Source of the DNA: Octopus sinensis
Taxonomy: Eukaryota
Length of the DNA: 64,000 nucleotides
Assembly: GCF_006345805.1 (NCBI RefSeq)
Contig: NC_043017.1
Coordinates: forward strand, 28,396,001-28,460,000
Reading direction: 5' to 3'
The notes under the pieces were generated by a model. The model was not told the DNA's origin, did not search any database, and saw only the letters and a list, made by a program, of their open reading frames with translations. Position numbers and translations under genes: made by a program. Below are positions 13,856-27,072 of the stretch, one piece after another. Position 1 is the first letter of the stretch. Every line of letters begins with the position of its first letter.

Positions 13856-14239
13856 ACTTTAGGTAACCAAATTTTAAAAAATTAAATTTATTATTAGAAT
13901 TTTTTTTTCTACTCCGAAGGAATGCAGGCAAGTCTCAGTAATTAAGATGATGAATTCACACCTGTGAAATACTACAAATGACACAACAAGGTATTACTTT
14001 AGGCATGCATGTCTTACCATTAACACCGAAGGATTACAAAAATGTGGTCGATATAGCGTCGACGAAAACAAGGTGGTTGCACATCAGATGGATTGTATCT
14101 TTAAATCGAACAAAAATACAACGACGCATACACTTGCAGAACACCCTGAACTATAGTAATTAAAGGTAGGTAGTTCATTTCAGCGAACGACTGAACGGTC
14201 AACGTCGAAATCGACAAAGAATACATTATGGTGAATTCT

Positions 14240-14415
14240 TTGGTTGGTGCATAATTATTGCGGCGTCTTTTTTTTTTTCAGTTCAACACATTTTATTAAA
14301 CATAAGCAATAGCAATATTTAACAAAAGCATCTTTAAATGGCGGTCTGACCGTCTGACAAGCAAATTGGAAGCAGTAATCGAAGTAGATGGTGAATATGC
14401 TCCGGAATAATCATC
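14240..14415 (+). mobile_element. Internally deleted mariner derivative (left TIR plus transposase C-terminal scrap)
   Basis: TGGTTGGTGCATAATTATTGCGG resembles mariner TIRs such as Hsmar1 TTAGGTTGGTGCAAAAGTAATTGCGG. It is followed by LTSKLEAVIEVDGEYAPE*, like a mariner C-terminus. Right TIR not found. Confidence 0.5.
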
Positions 14416-14451
14416 TAAAGATGTTTTTCTTACATGTTGTTATTGTTTTCG

Positions 14452-14832
14452 TTACTCTTTTTCTTGTTTCAGTCATTTGGCTGTAGCCATGCTGGAGCAG
14501 CGCCTTTTTTAGTCGAGCAAATCGACCCAAGGACGTATTCTTTGTAAGCCTAGTACTTATTCTATCGGTCCCGTTAGCCAAACCTCTATGTTACGAGGAC
14601 ATAAACACACCAGCATCGATTGTCAAGCGATGCTGGGGTGACAAACACAGACACACAAACACATAAACATATATACGACGGGCTTCTTTCAGTTTCCGTC
14701 TACCAAATCCACTCACAAGGCTTTGGTCGGCTCGAGGCTATTGTAGAAGACACTTGCCCAAGGTGCCACGCAGTGGGACTGATCCCGGAACCATGTGGTT
14801 GGTAAGCAAGCTACTTACCACACTCCACTCCT
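14452..14832 (-). mobile_element. SINE family B (tRNA head, CORE-like CTTGGGCAAGT, internal microsatellite, AAAGAGT tail)
   Basis: Reverse complement of the full-length copy at 58430-58850. Confidence 0.85.
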
Positions 14833-15206
14833 TAAAATTTATAAGTTATAACTACAAGTGTCTGCGAAATTTTTGGTTAAAAGCTGTTACCCAATATTCT
14901 GCACAAAGTGGCTGAACCGAAAACCGAGTGATAGGATGTTGCGTTTCTTAAACACAAGGCCGTGTCGGTATCTGTGTGTATATATGGAAGGTACATTAAC
15001 TTTCTCCCAGTAAAATAATCTATCTATTGTATGGAAATTGATAATGGATAAATAAAATCTCCGTGTCATGAATAAAAATGCACACACAAACACACTCAGA
15101 AAACTGCTATCATAATATTAATCTATATACATACATACACACAAACACACATACATAGCTTCATACATAGCTTCATACATAATACATACATACATACATA
15201 CATACA

Positions 15207-15545
15207 TGGTGGCTGCCTCCTCGTTATCGAGTATGGCCATTGCACGAAGCTTGATCAATGTTGTTATCGTGCAATGCCCGTGCAAGCAGATTATTTTTAA
15301 AGTGAGGAAAGGCTGTGCACTGAGTCAATCCCACTCACAAAGCAACAGCAGCCATAATCCGAAAAGAAGAACAAGTCAACATCATCGGTAACCACTGAGC
15401 CGCAGTTTTATGTCGGAGTTATCCCAGTTACCTGAGTTACCTTCTCCTAGAAGGATGCCCTGACAAAGGCTAGGAGTCCTTCACTCCCAATGGTTTAACC
15501 ACGTGATCGGGTATTCAGTCCGATTATTTCTATGTCCCCGCGCAT
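15207..15545 (-). mobile_element. Probable non-autonomous RTE-derived element
   Basis: Minus strand has CCTAGCCTTTGTCAGGGCATCCTTCTAGGAGAAGG, similar to RTE 5'UTR motifs, and ends ATGGCCATACTCGATAACGAGGAGGCAGCCA, similar to RTE 3' ends. No ORF. Confidence 0.4.
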
Positions 15546-15624
15546 GATACAGCCTTAAGACATTTATTGGATGGCTGTTGACTCTCAAGAGTTCCTCCGC
15601 CCTTTGACGGTTTCTGTTTTTCAT

Positions 15625-16011
15625 AATACATACATACATACATACACAAACACACACATACATACATACATGCATGCAAGTATACATACATACATGCATG
15701 TATGCATACATACATGCATGTATACATACATACAAACACACACACATACATGCATGCAAGTATACATACATGCATGTATGCATACATACATGCATGTATA
15801 CATACATACATGCATGTATACATATATACATACATACATACATACATGCATGCATACATACATACATACATATAAACACACACACACATACATACATACA
15901 TGCATATATACATACACACATGCATGTATACATACATACAAGCATGTATACATACATACGTACATACATACATACATACATACAGGTATATATATATATA
16001 TATATATATAT
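15625..16011. repeat. Compound (TACA)n/(TGCA)/(TA)n microsatellite
   Basis: Direct inspection. Confidence 0.95.
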
Positions 16012-16012
16012 A

Positions 16013-16545
16013 CTAGCAGCTAAGCCCAGTTTCTCCCGGTCGGTTTGGATGATGTGGCTGTGAAACCTGCTCTGCGTAAGCATTCTACTTGTTTGGGCAC
16101 ACTTGCGTTAAAAACCAATTTCAAATAATAACTGACCAACAAAAATAAAAGAAAGAAAGAAAGAAAAAGAAAAAGAAAGGAAAAGGAAAATAAAAAAAAT
16201 TTAAAAATTCAACCAGAACGATTGGCAGAGCGAAATTACTTGAATTATATCGCCATTTTAGTCGAAAGCATTCTACGATACCTATTTATAAGCGTCCATT
16301 GACGGTAGGCTGAGTAATTGGAGGGAGATTTCGCAAAAATATTTAGTAGCTTGCGGGAGCATATCGACAGAGTGAAAGTTCCTTTGCCAACGGGACCATC
16401 TCAGTTCTCATTGAGAGAGAGGTATTATGAAAAAGCGATACCATTTCGTTAACTGCTGTCGCTGTTGTTTCAACTACTCTCACATCCCACCCTTTCCCGT
16501 TTTCTCTTGACGCATTTGCCTCCAGATACATCGTATATATAAGGC
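16013..16545 (-). mobile_element. Possible non-autonomous Helitron (3' CTAG end at 16013)
   Basis: A|CTAGCAGCTAAGCCCAG... gives minus-strand imperfect hairpin then CTAG|T. The 5' end is uncertain. Confidence 0.35.
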
Positions 16546-16827
16546 AATAAAATATAGGGGACTTAACAAAGCAAGGAAAATATAAAGTTTCTTCCCTTAC
16601 ATGTAACGATTATTTCCCTTGAATGTTTTAGTCTTATCAAGATTAAACGTTTTCCGTTTGCCCCTATTGTTGTTGTTGCTTTTGTGCTTGGTTTTGGTTT
16701 TTGGTGTTGTTGTTGTTTTACATCCGATCAAAAGTGCATAAAATTGTGATTACCCCATACAGATAATAACAAAATTGAGAAGGTATAACTTCGCTATTGT
16801 TTTCCCGAGAGAATCACTTTACATGTG

Positions 16828-17080
16828 GACATACATACATACATACATACACACACACGTACGTACATACATACATGCATACAATGCATACGTACATACA
16901 TACATACATACATATATACATACATACATACATAAACATATATATATACACATACATACATACATACACACATATATATATACATACATACATACATGCA
17001 TGCATACATACATGTATGTACATACATACATGCATGCATACATACATGTATGTACATACATGCATACATATATACATACG

Positions 17081-17114
<34 letters not shown>

Positions 17115-17172
17115 CATACATATATACGTACATACGTACATACATACACAAACACATGTGTATGTATGTATG
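16828..17172. repeat. (TACA)n compound microsatellite
   Basis: Direct inspection. Confidence 0.95.
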
Positions 17173-17376
17173 CAGATGTGGCGTGAGATACAGAGTCAAA
17201 AGCTATGAGTAGCGTAGAATTTGGTATCTTGCTCCTTGTCTTAAGAGACAATGACAGGGACCAACTTATTGGGGCTTTAACTAAGTACACATTACATGAC
17301 TTAACTTGCAATGATGAAGCTTCTTCTTTCATTGTTCGTGTCAGTTTGATGAACGGAAAGCTGGAAAACAATATTT

Positions 17377-17620
17377 GGAGGTGAATGGGTTAGTGGTTAG
17401 TGTGTTGGACTCACAATCGAAAGATTGTGGTTTCGATTCCTGAACGGATTGACGCACGGTATTCTTGAGCAAAACATTTCATTTCACGTTGCTACAGTCT
17501 ACTCAGCTGGAAAAATAAGTAAAGCTGCGATGGACAGGGGTTCCATCCAGTTGAGGAATTCAGACGCCATGGAAACCAGGAAACCGGCCCTCATGAGTCA
17601 GTATGACTCGGGAAGTTAAC
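17377..17620 (+). mobile_element. SINE family C (tRNA head, CORE-like and V-like segments)
   Basis: GGGTTAGTGGTTAG...GGTTTCGATTCC head, TTCTTGAGCAAAACA, CTGCGATGGAC...CCATCCAG. Homologous to 30807-31030. Confidence 0.75.
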
Positions 17621-17797
17621 TTTACCTTTTTTTTTTTTTCGTTTTAAAATGCAATAAATAAATTCGATTATCTATTCTCAGAACATTCCCATTCGCAAAA
17701 CAATTGAAATAAATGCAGCAGATAACTGAGATGAGATGTTTGACTCCACATCAGGAGATCCTGTACAGAGGTGTTTACGATATAGAACAGTTTGACG

Positions 17798-18207
17798 TCT
17801 ACTCTTTACTCTCTTTACTCTTTTACTTGTTTCAGTCATTAGACTGCGGCCATGCTGGAGCACCGCCTTTAATCGAGCAACTCGACCCCGGGACTTATTC
17901 TTTATAAGCCCAGTACTTATTCTATCGGTCTCTTTTCCCGAACCACTAAGTGACAGGAACATAAACATCGGTTGTCAAGGAATGCTAAGGGGACAAACAC
18001 AGACACACAAACATACACGCACACATATATATCTACATATATACGGCGGGCTTCTTTCAGTTTCCGTCTACCAAATCCACTCACAAGGTTTTGGTCGGCC
18101 CGGGGATATAGCAGAAGACACTTGCCCAAGGTGCCACGCAGTGGGACTGAACCCGGAACCAAGTGGTTGGTAAGCAAGCTACTTACCACACAGCCACTCC
18201 TGCGCCT
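17798..18207 (-). mobile_element. SINE family B, full length
   Basis: Matches 58430-58850 in reverse. Confidence 0.9.
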
Positions 18208-18319
18208 TATAGCGGTGTTTACTGTAAAATGTTGTTATACATGATAGAAATATTAACGTATACTGTATGCAGAACGGAAGTCTAAAAGGTCCTGAAGTAT
18301 GTATAATGAAATAGAGTAT

Positions 18320-18690
18320 GACATCGTCGTCGTCGGCGTCGTTTTATCGTATGTCCTATAATTTATTTGGTTTCTTCTTGACCACTTCTTTCCCCCTGTC
18401 CGTGTTTATGCCTCTGATGACTAATGAGGCCGATTCTTGCATGAAATTGTCTGTTGCAAAGTTCACAAGGGATCCGTGGTGGAGGCTTTGGTTGTTGCAG
18501 GCCCGATGTTCTTCCTTGTCGCTCCTCTTCCTCTTTCCTCTGACTTTCAGCTTCAAAATGATTTGTCACAATGGAGATAGAATGATGTCAGCCGAGCCTC
18601 TCCTAAGCTTCAATATCCCAGGTTTGGGGATCGATTCCAGTCAGTTTTATGCTTTAATTCAGCAGATCCTTCATCAACGGAGTATTTAAT
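18320..18690 (-). pseudogene. 3' end of RTE-clade LINE (C-terminal zinc-finger region)
   Basis: Minus-strand peptide IPCELCNRQFHARIGLISHQRHKH matches the CxxC...RIGLISH.R.H C-terminus typical of RTE LINEs. Followed by a short (GAC)n tail. Confidence 0.75.
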
Positions 18691-18709
18691 ATTATTTACA
18701 GTGATTCGT

Positions 18710-19030
18710 GAAGGCTTAGTAGTTAGGGGTGTCTGGCTCATGATTGTCAGGTCTTGGGTTCGATTCTCAGCGGCGTGTTGTGTCCTTGAGCAACACATTT
18801 TATTTCATGTTGCTCCAGTACACACAACTGGCAAATTTGAACAGTACATCTATTCCAAAGGGCCGGTCTAGGTACATTCTTTTCCACGCTGCATCACTCC
18901 GAGAACTACGCTATGAGTACGGGTGTCTGTGGAGCGCTCAGCTTCTTGCACCTTACATTCACGCGCAGGCTGTTTCTTCGATTGGATCAATTGGAACCGG
19001 TCTCGTCGTAACCGACGGAGTGCCAGTTGC
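18710..19030 (+). mobile_element. SINE family C variant with different body and RTE-like 3' tail
   Basis: GGCTTAGTAGTTAGG...GGGTTCGATTC head, GTGTCCTTGAGCAACAC, ends CTCGTCGTAACCGACGGAGTGCCA. Confidence 0.6.
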
Positions 19031-19183
19031 GGCTTACTAGTATATACAGTACATTCTCCTACACAGTAGAGAAGTGTATACGTTTGATGTGTATATAACA
19101 TAAAGGTATATGCAATATCTTACTGTATACATTTGGACACAAATTCTACTAGGAATGATACCTTTTTGAGTGCAAGATTGTAA

Positions 19184-20181
19184 TCTTTTCTACTCGAGGC
19201 ACAAGGCCCGAAATTTTGAGGGAGGGTCCCAGTCGATTAGATCGATCCCAGTACGCAACTGGTGCTTAATTTATCGAACCCGAAAGGATGAAAGGTACAG
19301 GCTACCTCGGCGGAATTTGAACTCAGAACGTAAGACAAACGAAATACCTATTTTTTTACTACCCACAAGGGAGTACACACAGAGAGGACAAATAAGGACA
19401 GACAAACGGATTAAGTCGATTATATCCATCCCAGTGCGTAACTGATACTTATTTGATAGACCCCGAAAGGATGAAAAGCAAAGTCGACCTCGGCGGAATT
19501 TGAACTCAGAGCGAAGCGACAGACGAAATACCGCTAAGCATTTCGCCCGGCGTGCTAACGTTTCTTACTTCTTTACTACCCACAAGGGGCTACACACAGA
19601 GGGGACAAACGGACAGACAAACGGATTAAGTCGATTACATCGACCCCAGTGCGCAACTGATACTTATTTAATCGACCCCGAAAGAATGAAAGGCAAAGTC
19701 GACCTCGAATTTGAACTCACGATGTAGCAACAGACGAAATACCTATTTCTTTACTACCCACAAAGGGCTAAACACAGAGGGGACAAACAAAGACAGACAC
19801 ACGGATTAAGTCGATTATATCGAGACCAGTGCGTAACTGGTACTTATTTAATCGACCCCGAAAGAATGAAAGACCGACCCCGAAAGAATGAAAGACAAAG
19901 TCGACATCGGCGGAATTTGAACTCAGAACGGAGCGACAGACGAAATACTTATTTCTTTACTACCCACAAGGGCTAAACACATAGAGGATAAACAAGGACA
20001 GACAAAGGGATTAAGTCGATTACATCGACCCCAGTGCGTAACCGGTACTTAATTTATCGACCCTGAAAAGATGAAAGGCAAAGTCCACCACGGTGGAATT
20101 TGAATTCAGAGCGTAGCTGCAGACGAAATACCACTACGGATTTCGCCCAGCGTGCTAACGTTTCTGCTAGCTCACCGCCTT
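19184..20181 (-). mobile_element. Head-to-tail array of five SINE-A units
   Basis: Units start at ~19184, 19349, 19566, 19744 and 19949. Junctions at GACGAAATACC|TATTTC or GCTAACGTTTC|TTACTTC. Confidence 0.9.
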
Positions 20182-20749
20182 AGAGCAAACTTGTAACGAA
20201 ATTGCTACAATGGATTGGAAAATTGGTATAGTATCAAACACTTAAGCTGTTCTTTCACCTTTTTGTTTCTTTTTTTTTTTTTCAACATAGCCTTTGTTGA
20301 AATTGCGATGCAGAGGTTTTTATTTTATATCCTGTCCGAGATCAGTAAAATATTTACTGGTCCAAGAGGTATAATCCGGTTCAGTGCTAAGCGTAAAAAT
20401 CTATCAGGATACATGGGAGGTAATCATGCAACTGACAGACAATACTTGCTCTCAGAGTTACTCCCCATCACGATTGTAGCGTCTCTGATTGCAATTTGAT
20501 TTTAAAAGGTCGCTTCTTTCTATTGAAGCGGTCGGTATTGAATGCGCTGAGTACAGCTTTTAAATAACTAACGAATTTAATACTTCAAAAATATATAACG
20601 ATACATACATACATATACACACACACACACACACATATATACACACACACACATATATAGGTATATATATATATATATATATTATACGTGTCTGTGTGTG
20701 CGTGCGCGCGTGTATATATATGTATATATGTATGTCTGAATCTATGTAT

Positions 20750-20785
<36 letters not shown>

Positions 20786-20786
<1 letters not shown>

Positions 20787-21741
20787 GTGTAATAAATAAA
20801 ATATATGCATACATACATACATATATGTACGTACCTACATCTACATGTATATATACATGCTTATATAAATATATATACCTGAGTACAGCACACCACAAAT
20901 AGACGCAGAACTGAACGAGAACGAAAACGTAAAAACAAGCATGGAACGAACCTGTTTTTTACAAAGAAAAAACAGAGTACTAGACAAACTACACAAGGAA
21001 AAATCCCCTTCATTAGCTGTCCCTAGTTCAACTCCAGCGTGTTTCGAAGGTGAGGACAGAACATGACTCGTCGAACTAGCCCTTCCTGCGAAGAAATTAA
21101 AGGAAAATACTTCGCAGAGGGCTAAAAACAAGGAAAGAACAAAATGTGACACAAACAGGACGTAAAAACGATACAAATAAAATTACAAAATAAAATACAA
21201 AATAAAATACAAAATAAAATACAAAATGAAATACAAAATAAAAATACAATTACAAAAAAATACAATACAAGAAAAAAAACACACAAGAAAACAACCAAAG
21301 AGGGCCTTTTTTGCCTAGACGAGGAGAGATTCAAGGAGCGCAAGAAAACCGTGTGTTTACAGTTAGAAGGCCGCATGCAAAAGGAAGTATTTGGCCGGCT
21401 GTGAGAGAGATGAGGAGGAGTGAGAGAGAGATAGAGAGATAGAGGAAGACAAACGGCTGTGAGAGAGATGAGGAGGCGTGAGAGAGAGAGAGAGAGAAAG
21501 GGAGAGAAGGGAAGGTTAAGCAAAGAGGTATAGGGTTTCGCGTCATAATTATATATAAAAACTGTACTGGGAGAAGAAGAAGAAACGGAACGAATCGAAT
21601 CGAATCGACGCGAAGGCGCTCAGTGTAATAAATAAAATATATGCATAAAATATATGCATACAAACAAACATATATGTACGAACGGATTCGATTCGATTCG
21701 TTTCGTTTCGTTTCTTCTTATACTTCCAGTACAGTTTATAT

Positions 21742-21745
<4 letters not shown>
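20786..21745 (-). mobile_element. PLE-like non-autonomous element with partial direct repeat and inverted end
   Basis: AGTGTAATAAATAAAATATATGCATA occurs at 20786 and 21622. 21551-21608 is inverted at 21683-21745. Flanked by (TA)n. Confidence 0.45.
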
Positions 21746-21777
<32 letters not shown>

Positions 21778-21800
21778 CATTCATACACACACACACGCAT

Positions 21801-21847
<47 letters not shown>

Positions 21848-22309
21848 ACATTCTTGTATATAGATAGGTGTGTGTGTATCTAATGGGGTACCATTAAACT
21901 TTAAATGACTTATTCAATGTACCGCGAAATCGCAACGTATTTAAGCATTGATATTCTACGCCATCACATGCCCTATTAATTTTAGCAGTTAAATATTTTA
22001 AAATTTCAGTTTTAAAATATATGAAAATATACATCGTTCATTGTTGTTGTAAATATAAAATCCTGCTATATCTTCTTAAAGGCTTGAAGTTGTCTGATAT
22101 TAGATCTATATCCAGTTTTACCAGCACACAATGTTAAAAAAATTATTAATTTCTATAGACAAGTGACATATTTCAATGTTAGCGTGCAGTTTTCAATTTG
22201 TTGCATCTGCTGTTAGAAATTACCCGCAAGTATCCCCCAGATCACATCCTACCATCTTGGAATAATAAAATTGGATCACGGGCCTTTAAATAGATTTTCA
22301 ATGGAAACC

Positions 22310-22589
22310 AATGGAAGAGCAGCCCTACCGAGCGGACGTGACTAAAACTTCTCTCAGAGAAAACCCTACGCACAGAGAAGCTCTCTCTTCGAAGCGTGAA
22401 CAGAGACCGTAATATTCTTGGCTCACCCGAGTGAACATTTGTAAACAGTCCTGTGGACTTGGCTGCCGGTTCGCCCTTAAGAAATATATATGTATATATT
22501 TTACCTGTGAACCCGAAGAATAAAGTGTTATTTATTGTTATCGAAGACAGCCGGATTTTTGGTTCCTTTTCTTCGACTTGTATGTGACA
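22310..22589 (+). mobile_element. Possible solo LTR fragment
   Basis: CpG-richer unique segment with AATAAA (~22519), ending ...TGTGACA. No 5' TG or TSD identified. Confidence 0.3.
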
Positions 22590-22691
22590 AGTTAAGACCA
22601 GACCCCACTCAAGTGTTCCTAAAACTCATCTTGTTACAATTGATATCTTTGATCCCAGCTAGTCTATATTATTGCAGCTCGCCCGTGGCTA

Positions 22692-23098
22692 AGCAGGAGA
22701 GTGGCTGTGTGGTGAGTAGCTTGCTAACCAACCACATGGTTCCGGGTTCAGTCCCACTGCGTTTGCATCTTGGGCAAGTGTCTTCTGCTATAGCCCCGGG
22801 CCGACCAATGCTTTGTGAGTGGATTTGGTAGACGGAAACTGAAAGAAGCCCGTCGTATATATGTATATGTGTGTATGTGTGTGTATATGTTTGTGTGTCT
22901 GTGCTTGTCCCCCTAGCATTGCTTGACAACCGATGCTGGTGTGTTTACGTCCCCGTCACTTAGCGGTTCGGCAAAAGAGACCGATAGAATAAGTACTGGG
23001 CTTACAAAGAATAAGTTCCGGGGTCGATTTGCTCGACTAAAGGCGGTGCTCCAGCATGGCCGCAGTCAAATGACTGAAACAAGTAAAAGAGTAAAAGT
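22692..23098 (+). mobile_element. SINE family B, full length
   Basis: GCAGGAGAGTGGCTGTGTGG...GGGTTCAGTCCC...CTTGGGCAAGT...GACTGAAACAAGTAAAAGAG. Confidence 0.9.
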
Positions 23099-23388
23099 GG
23101 GAGTAATACAACAACAACATTTTACAGTCCGATGTAATAGAAGTTATAGAAGTAACTGTTTTATAAATACCGCCTTACATTTTATGAAAAGCAATTGGAA
23201 TTTTTGAATATTATATATTGTGGACGTGGGTTCAGATAGAAGGAAGAATATTCATGCGTGAACGCTTTTAGTCATAGATGTATTCAAACAGAAATGACAT
23301 GGGATACAAGAACGATAAGATATACATATATATGAATAAATATAGAAAAAAGTTAAATGGGTAGTGAACTTGATGTAAAGATTGGAAT

Positions 23389-23425
23389 ATCCAACGTTTC
23401 GGATTCAAGCCTTCGTCAGAGGGCA
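23389..23425 (-). ncRNA. Candidate minimal hammerhead ribozyme (weak stems)
   Basis: Minus strand CCCT-CTGACGA-A-GG CTTGAAT CC-GAAAC-GTT-GGA. Core intact and stem III palindromic (AACGTT), but stems I and II are weak. Confidence 0.4.
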
Positions 23426-23632
23426 GAGAAAAAGCGAAGAAAATGAGAAAAAAGTCAAACATATCCGAAACGTTAGATATTCCACTCCTCACAACAAGTT
23501 CATTGTACACCTTACAATTTTTTCTATAATTTTCTATAATACGCGGCGACGTAGAGCTACTAAATTATTACCATATATGTGGTGGTGTCGATGTAAGTGC
23601 ATGTGTGTATTCGTTTTTCTGTGTGTGTATAC

Positions 23633-23699
<67 letters not shown>

Positions 23700-24636
23700 A
23701 TCCTGCGGGCACACATATAAGAACTCGTAAACACACACAATCCCACGCACACACACATATTTATGCCTACATTGTATCGCTCATGTAATGCTCACGTGTA
23801 ACCATTTCAGTCTTCACACTCTTTGTAACTTATTCTCATATTTCTCTTAGCTTATAACTTTGATGAAGATATTACCTCCGAAACGCTAAATAAATTTCAT
23901 GTTTTCCAGCGTGAAACTAATACAGTAACTTCCATCTTATCTTTCATGTTTTGTTTTAATCTGTCTTTCAATCTATCAACTTTCATCATTATTTACTCCT
24001 CTAACTACGCATGGTGTAATCCCATATTAAAGATGTATTGATCTTCATTCTAATTAAGGTCTTTGTAATATAAACTGGAATGTTTTCCAAATTCTTTGAA
24101 GGAAACTTTAGATTTTTAATCGAGCTAGAAGTGAGGTCGTTGATATAAGTTCCATTTGGATTTCATGTTGGTCTACTGATCAAAGTAATTTGCAAAATTT
24201 GGATCGCTACAAAGTGCTTACAAGACACCTAACTGGATTTGTAAATCCTTATTAATTTGTATTGCGTGCACGCACAGACACATACACATATACACACACG
24301 CAAACACACACATACACGTATACATATATATGCATATATGTGTTTATATATAAGTATTTATGCATATATATAAACACACATATAATTAATAAATAGATGC
24401 ATATATGTGTGTGAGTATATATATAATATATATATATATATATAATATATATATATATACACACATTTATATTTATACATGCATATACAACACAACACAC
24501 AACCACCCACAACCACCCCTCCCATATATATATACAGATAGATATATGGACAGATATGTATAAATGTCTATATAGAGATATTTATGCACATATATGTATG
24601 TAGGTATATGTGTGCATATATGTGTGTGGTATATAT

Positions 24637-24681
<45 letters not shown>

Positions 24682-24889
24682 TATATACATATTCATACAT
24701 ACACATTCAAACACAAACATACACACACATCGCCCGCACAGACACATGTGAATACATATATATACGCACATATGTTTATATATAATTATTTATTCACATA
24801 TATGTATATATAAATGCATATATGTATATATAGAGGTATATCATACGTATATATCTGTACATACATATACCCAACAGAAATACAGGTAC

Positions 24890-24921
<32 letters not shown>

Positions 24922-25799
24922 GTGTGTATGCACGTATGTAAAAGCGTGTGCGCGTTGCAGTGAACCTTTTTAATATGAGTTCTCCGTTGAAAATCAACGA
25001 AGATATATTACCGTGAGAAACTGAAAATCTATGACTGCTAATGTCGTGACACGAATTTCTGATTGCATAAACAACATTGCGCAATCTCTAAACGAATGTT
25101 ATAGATTTCAGTAGTCATAGATTAGTTTTGAATATATTATAAAGCAATACGGACTTGTTTTGATTCAGTATAGAGCTAATATAATTTACTAAGTTAATTT
25201 CGTTAACTAGATTATTGATTAAACTTACTACTTGCCAGATGCCGAGCCGAAACTCTCTAAACATACTTGCATCTCAAAAGTCTTAGAAACATACTAGTTT
25301 GTTGTAATTCATAAGTTGTGTACAAGCACACACACACACGCACACACACACACACACACATACACGCATACACAAACACACAAACACACCACACACACAC
25401 ACCACACAAACAAACAAAGGGCCGGTTTACAGCCGTTTACTCAACCTACAGGAATTGAGCACCTGTTTTGTATATCTTAAACTACCTCTGACGAGATTCG
25501 ACTTTCAAATAATTAAAAATTTTATTAATTAATTTTCTGAAGGACTTGAATTGAAAGAGCAGTAAGAGATCTCTGTAAATTTCTTAAATCAATAAATGAT
25601 AATTTATTAATTATCTCTCTATTTTCTTATCTTATGGTAATGAATAAATATTCATAAACCACAGTTTAGAATGTTACCTTACAGTTGAATATTAACTGTA
25701 ATGTTCAACATTCTTTGTAGAGGTAACTAACTAGTAATTTTAAAGGATTTTGTTATTCCTTAACGAGGTTTGTAACCATTATTTGAACTTATGTGTATG

Positions 25800-25849
<50 letters not shown>

Positions 25850-25915
25850 ATATATATATATGGGTAACATGAGATCGAGAGATTCTCGGTATATCTTGAT
25901 CTATTCATATATAAA

Positions 25916-26280
25916 CTAGCGGGACCCGTGAATATTTCACGGAATTAATGATAAACTTATTGGTTTATTTCTGAAAACGTTTTCCAAAAGACCTGAAAGC
26001 GTAGCCTATGTTCTGCTTGTATCGTTAAAAAGTGAAAAAATTCTGCTAATCGTTGAAAAGGGAAAGAAAATGGAACACGATGATTACTTAATGCACTTTA
26101 TATACACCCTTTGTATAGTTTATGCAAAATTTTATAGCCTTATTACACAGCACTCTCCCTCTTTTTCTCTCACTCTTCGCCTTACCCATTTTTCTCTCTC
26201 CTTTTACTTTCGCCATTCGCCCTTCCCTTCAACTAGTCACGTGAAAGCGTTACAGACGGGCTAAGTAACGAAAGTAAAAT
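25916..26280 (-). mobile_element. Helitron 3' end and non-autonomous body
   Basis: Minus strand CCGTGAA-ATA-TTCACGG hairpin a few nt before CTAG|T at 25916. Confidence 0.6.
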
Positions 26281-26289
26281 AAACTTAAT

Positions 26290-26905
26290 TATCAGGTTGT
26301 TCCGAAAATAATGGCCGCTCTAAGTGTTGTGTTTAGAAACTCAATTTTATCATAGTATTTTAATTATATTTTAGGTGAATTTCGACATACTTTAATAATT
26401 TTCTTCTTATTTCAGACAGAAAATATTCTTGAAGCATAGGCGCCCTTAATTATGAACATGACAAAAAAGGACCTTCGCTTACTTTTCTTGCATCAGTTCA
26501 AACTTGGGCCCAAACTGCTGCCAACATCAACAAAGCATAGGGAGAGGGGTCTACAAGTGATCGCACTGTACGAAGGTGGTTTTAGAAATTTCGTAGTAGT
26601 GATGAGAAACATGAAGATGAAGAGGGTAAGGGTGATCATGCTGTTTTCACAATGAACAACTGAAAGTAATAGCTGATTAAAACCCACGTCAAAGTGTCAG
26701 AGAAATGTCTCAGGCATTTGGCATCGATATTGCAACGGTCTCGTGTAATTTGAAGAAGATTGGCAAGGTGAAAAGTCTCGATAAATTGGTACCGCATGAG
26801 CTCACTGAAAGTCAAAAAGTTCGGTATTTTGAAGTGTGCTCGATGCTCTTTCTGCGAAACACCAATGATATTTTTCTTGACCGAATAGTCACTTGTGACG
26901 AAAAG
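26290..26905 (+). pseudogene. Mariner transposon, 5' half (TIR plus frameshifted N-terminal transposase)
   Basis: TA then TCAGGTTGTTCCGAAAATAATGG TIR-like start. Peptides MTKKDLRLLFLHQFKLG, TSDRTVRRWF, KKIGKVKSLDKLVPHELTE (WVPHEL motif) and FLDRIVTCDEK (first catalytic D). Confidence 0.9.
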
Positions 26906-27072
26906 TATGTTACAGAATAAGTATTTCTCGTGAGTTTAGATGGCAAGCAGGCATATACATTAGAGTTGAGGAGAACTACTTCGTGTATTTCTTCTGACAT
27001 AATACATTGAGTTCAAATCCCGCTGATGTCACATTTACATTTTAGCCTTCCAGGGTCGGTAAAATACAATAT

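Noticed and set aside
23859-23888. Hammerhead-like TTGATGAAG...CCGAAACG
   Set aside because: C3 missing, stems poor and no NUH triplet. At best a decayed copy.
23995-24250. Possible PLE reverse transcriptase scrap on the minus strand (NPVRCLVS...YIND)
   Set aside because: Too degenerate to support by eye. Needs BLASTX.
25483-25512. CTGACGAGA motif as a hammerhead
   Set aside because: No GAAA box or stem III follows.
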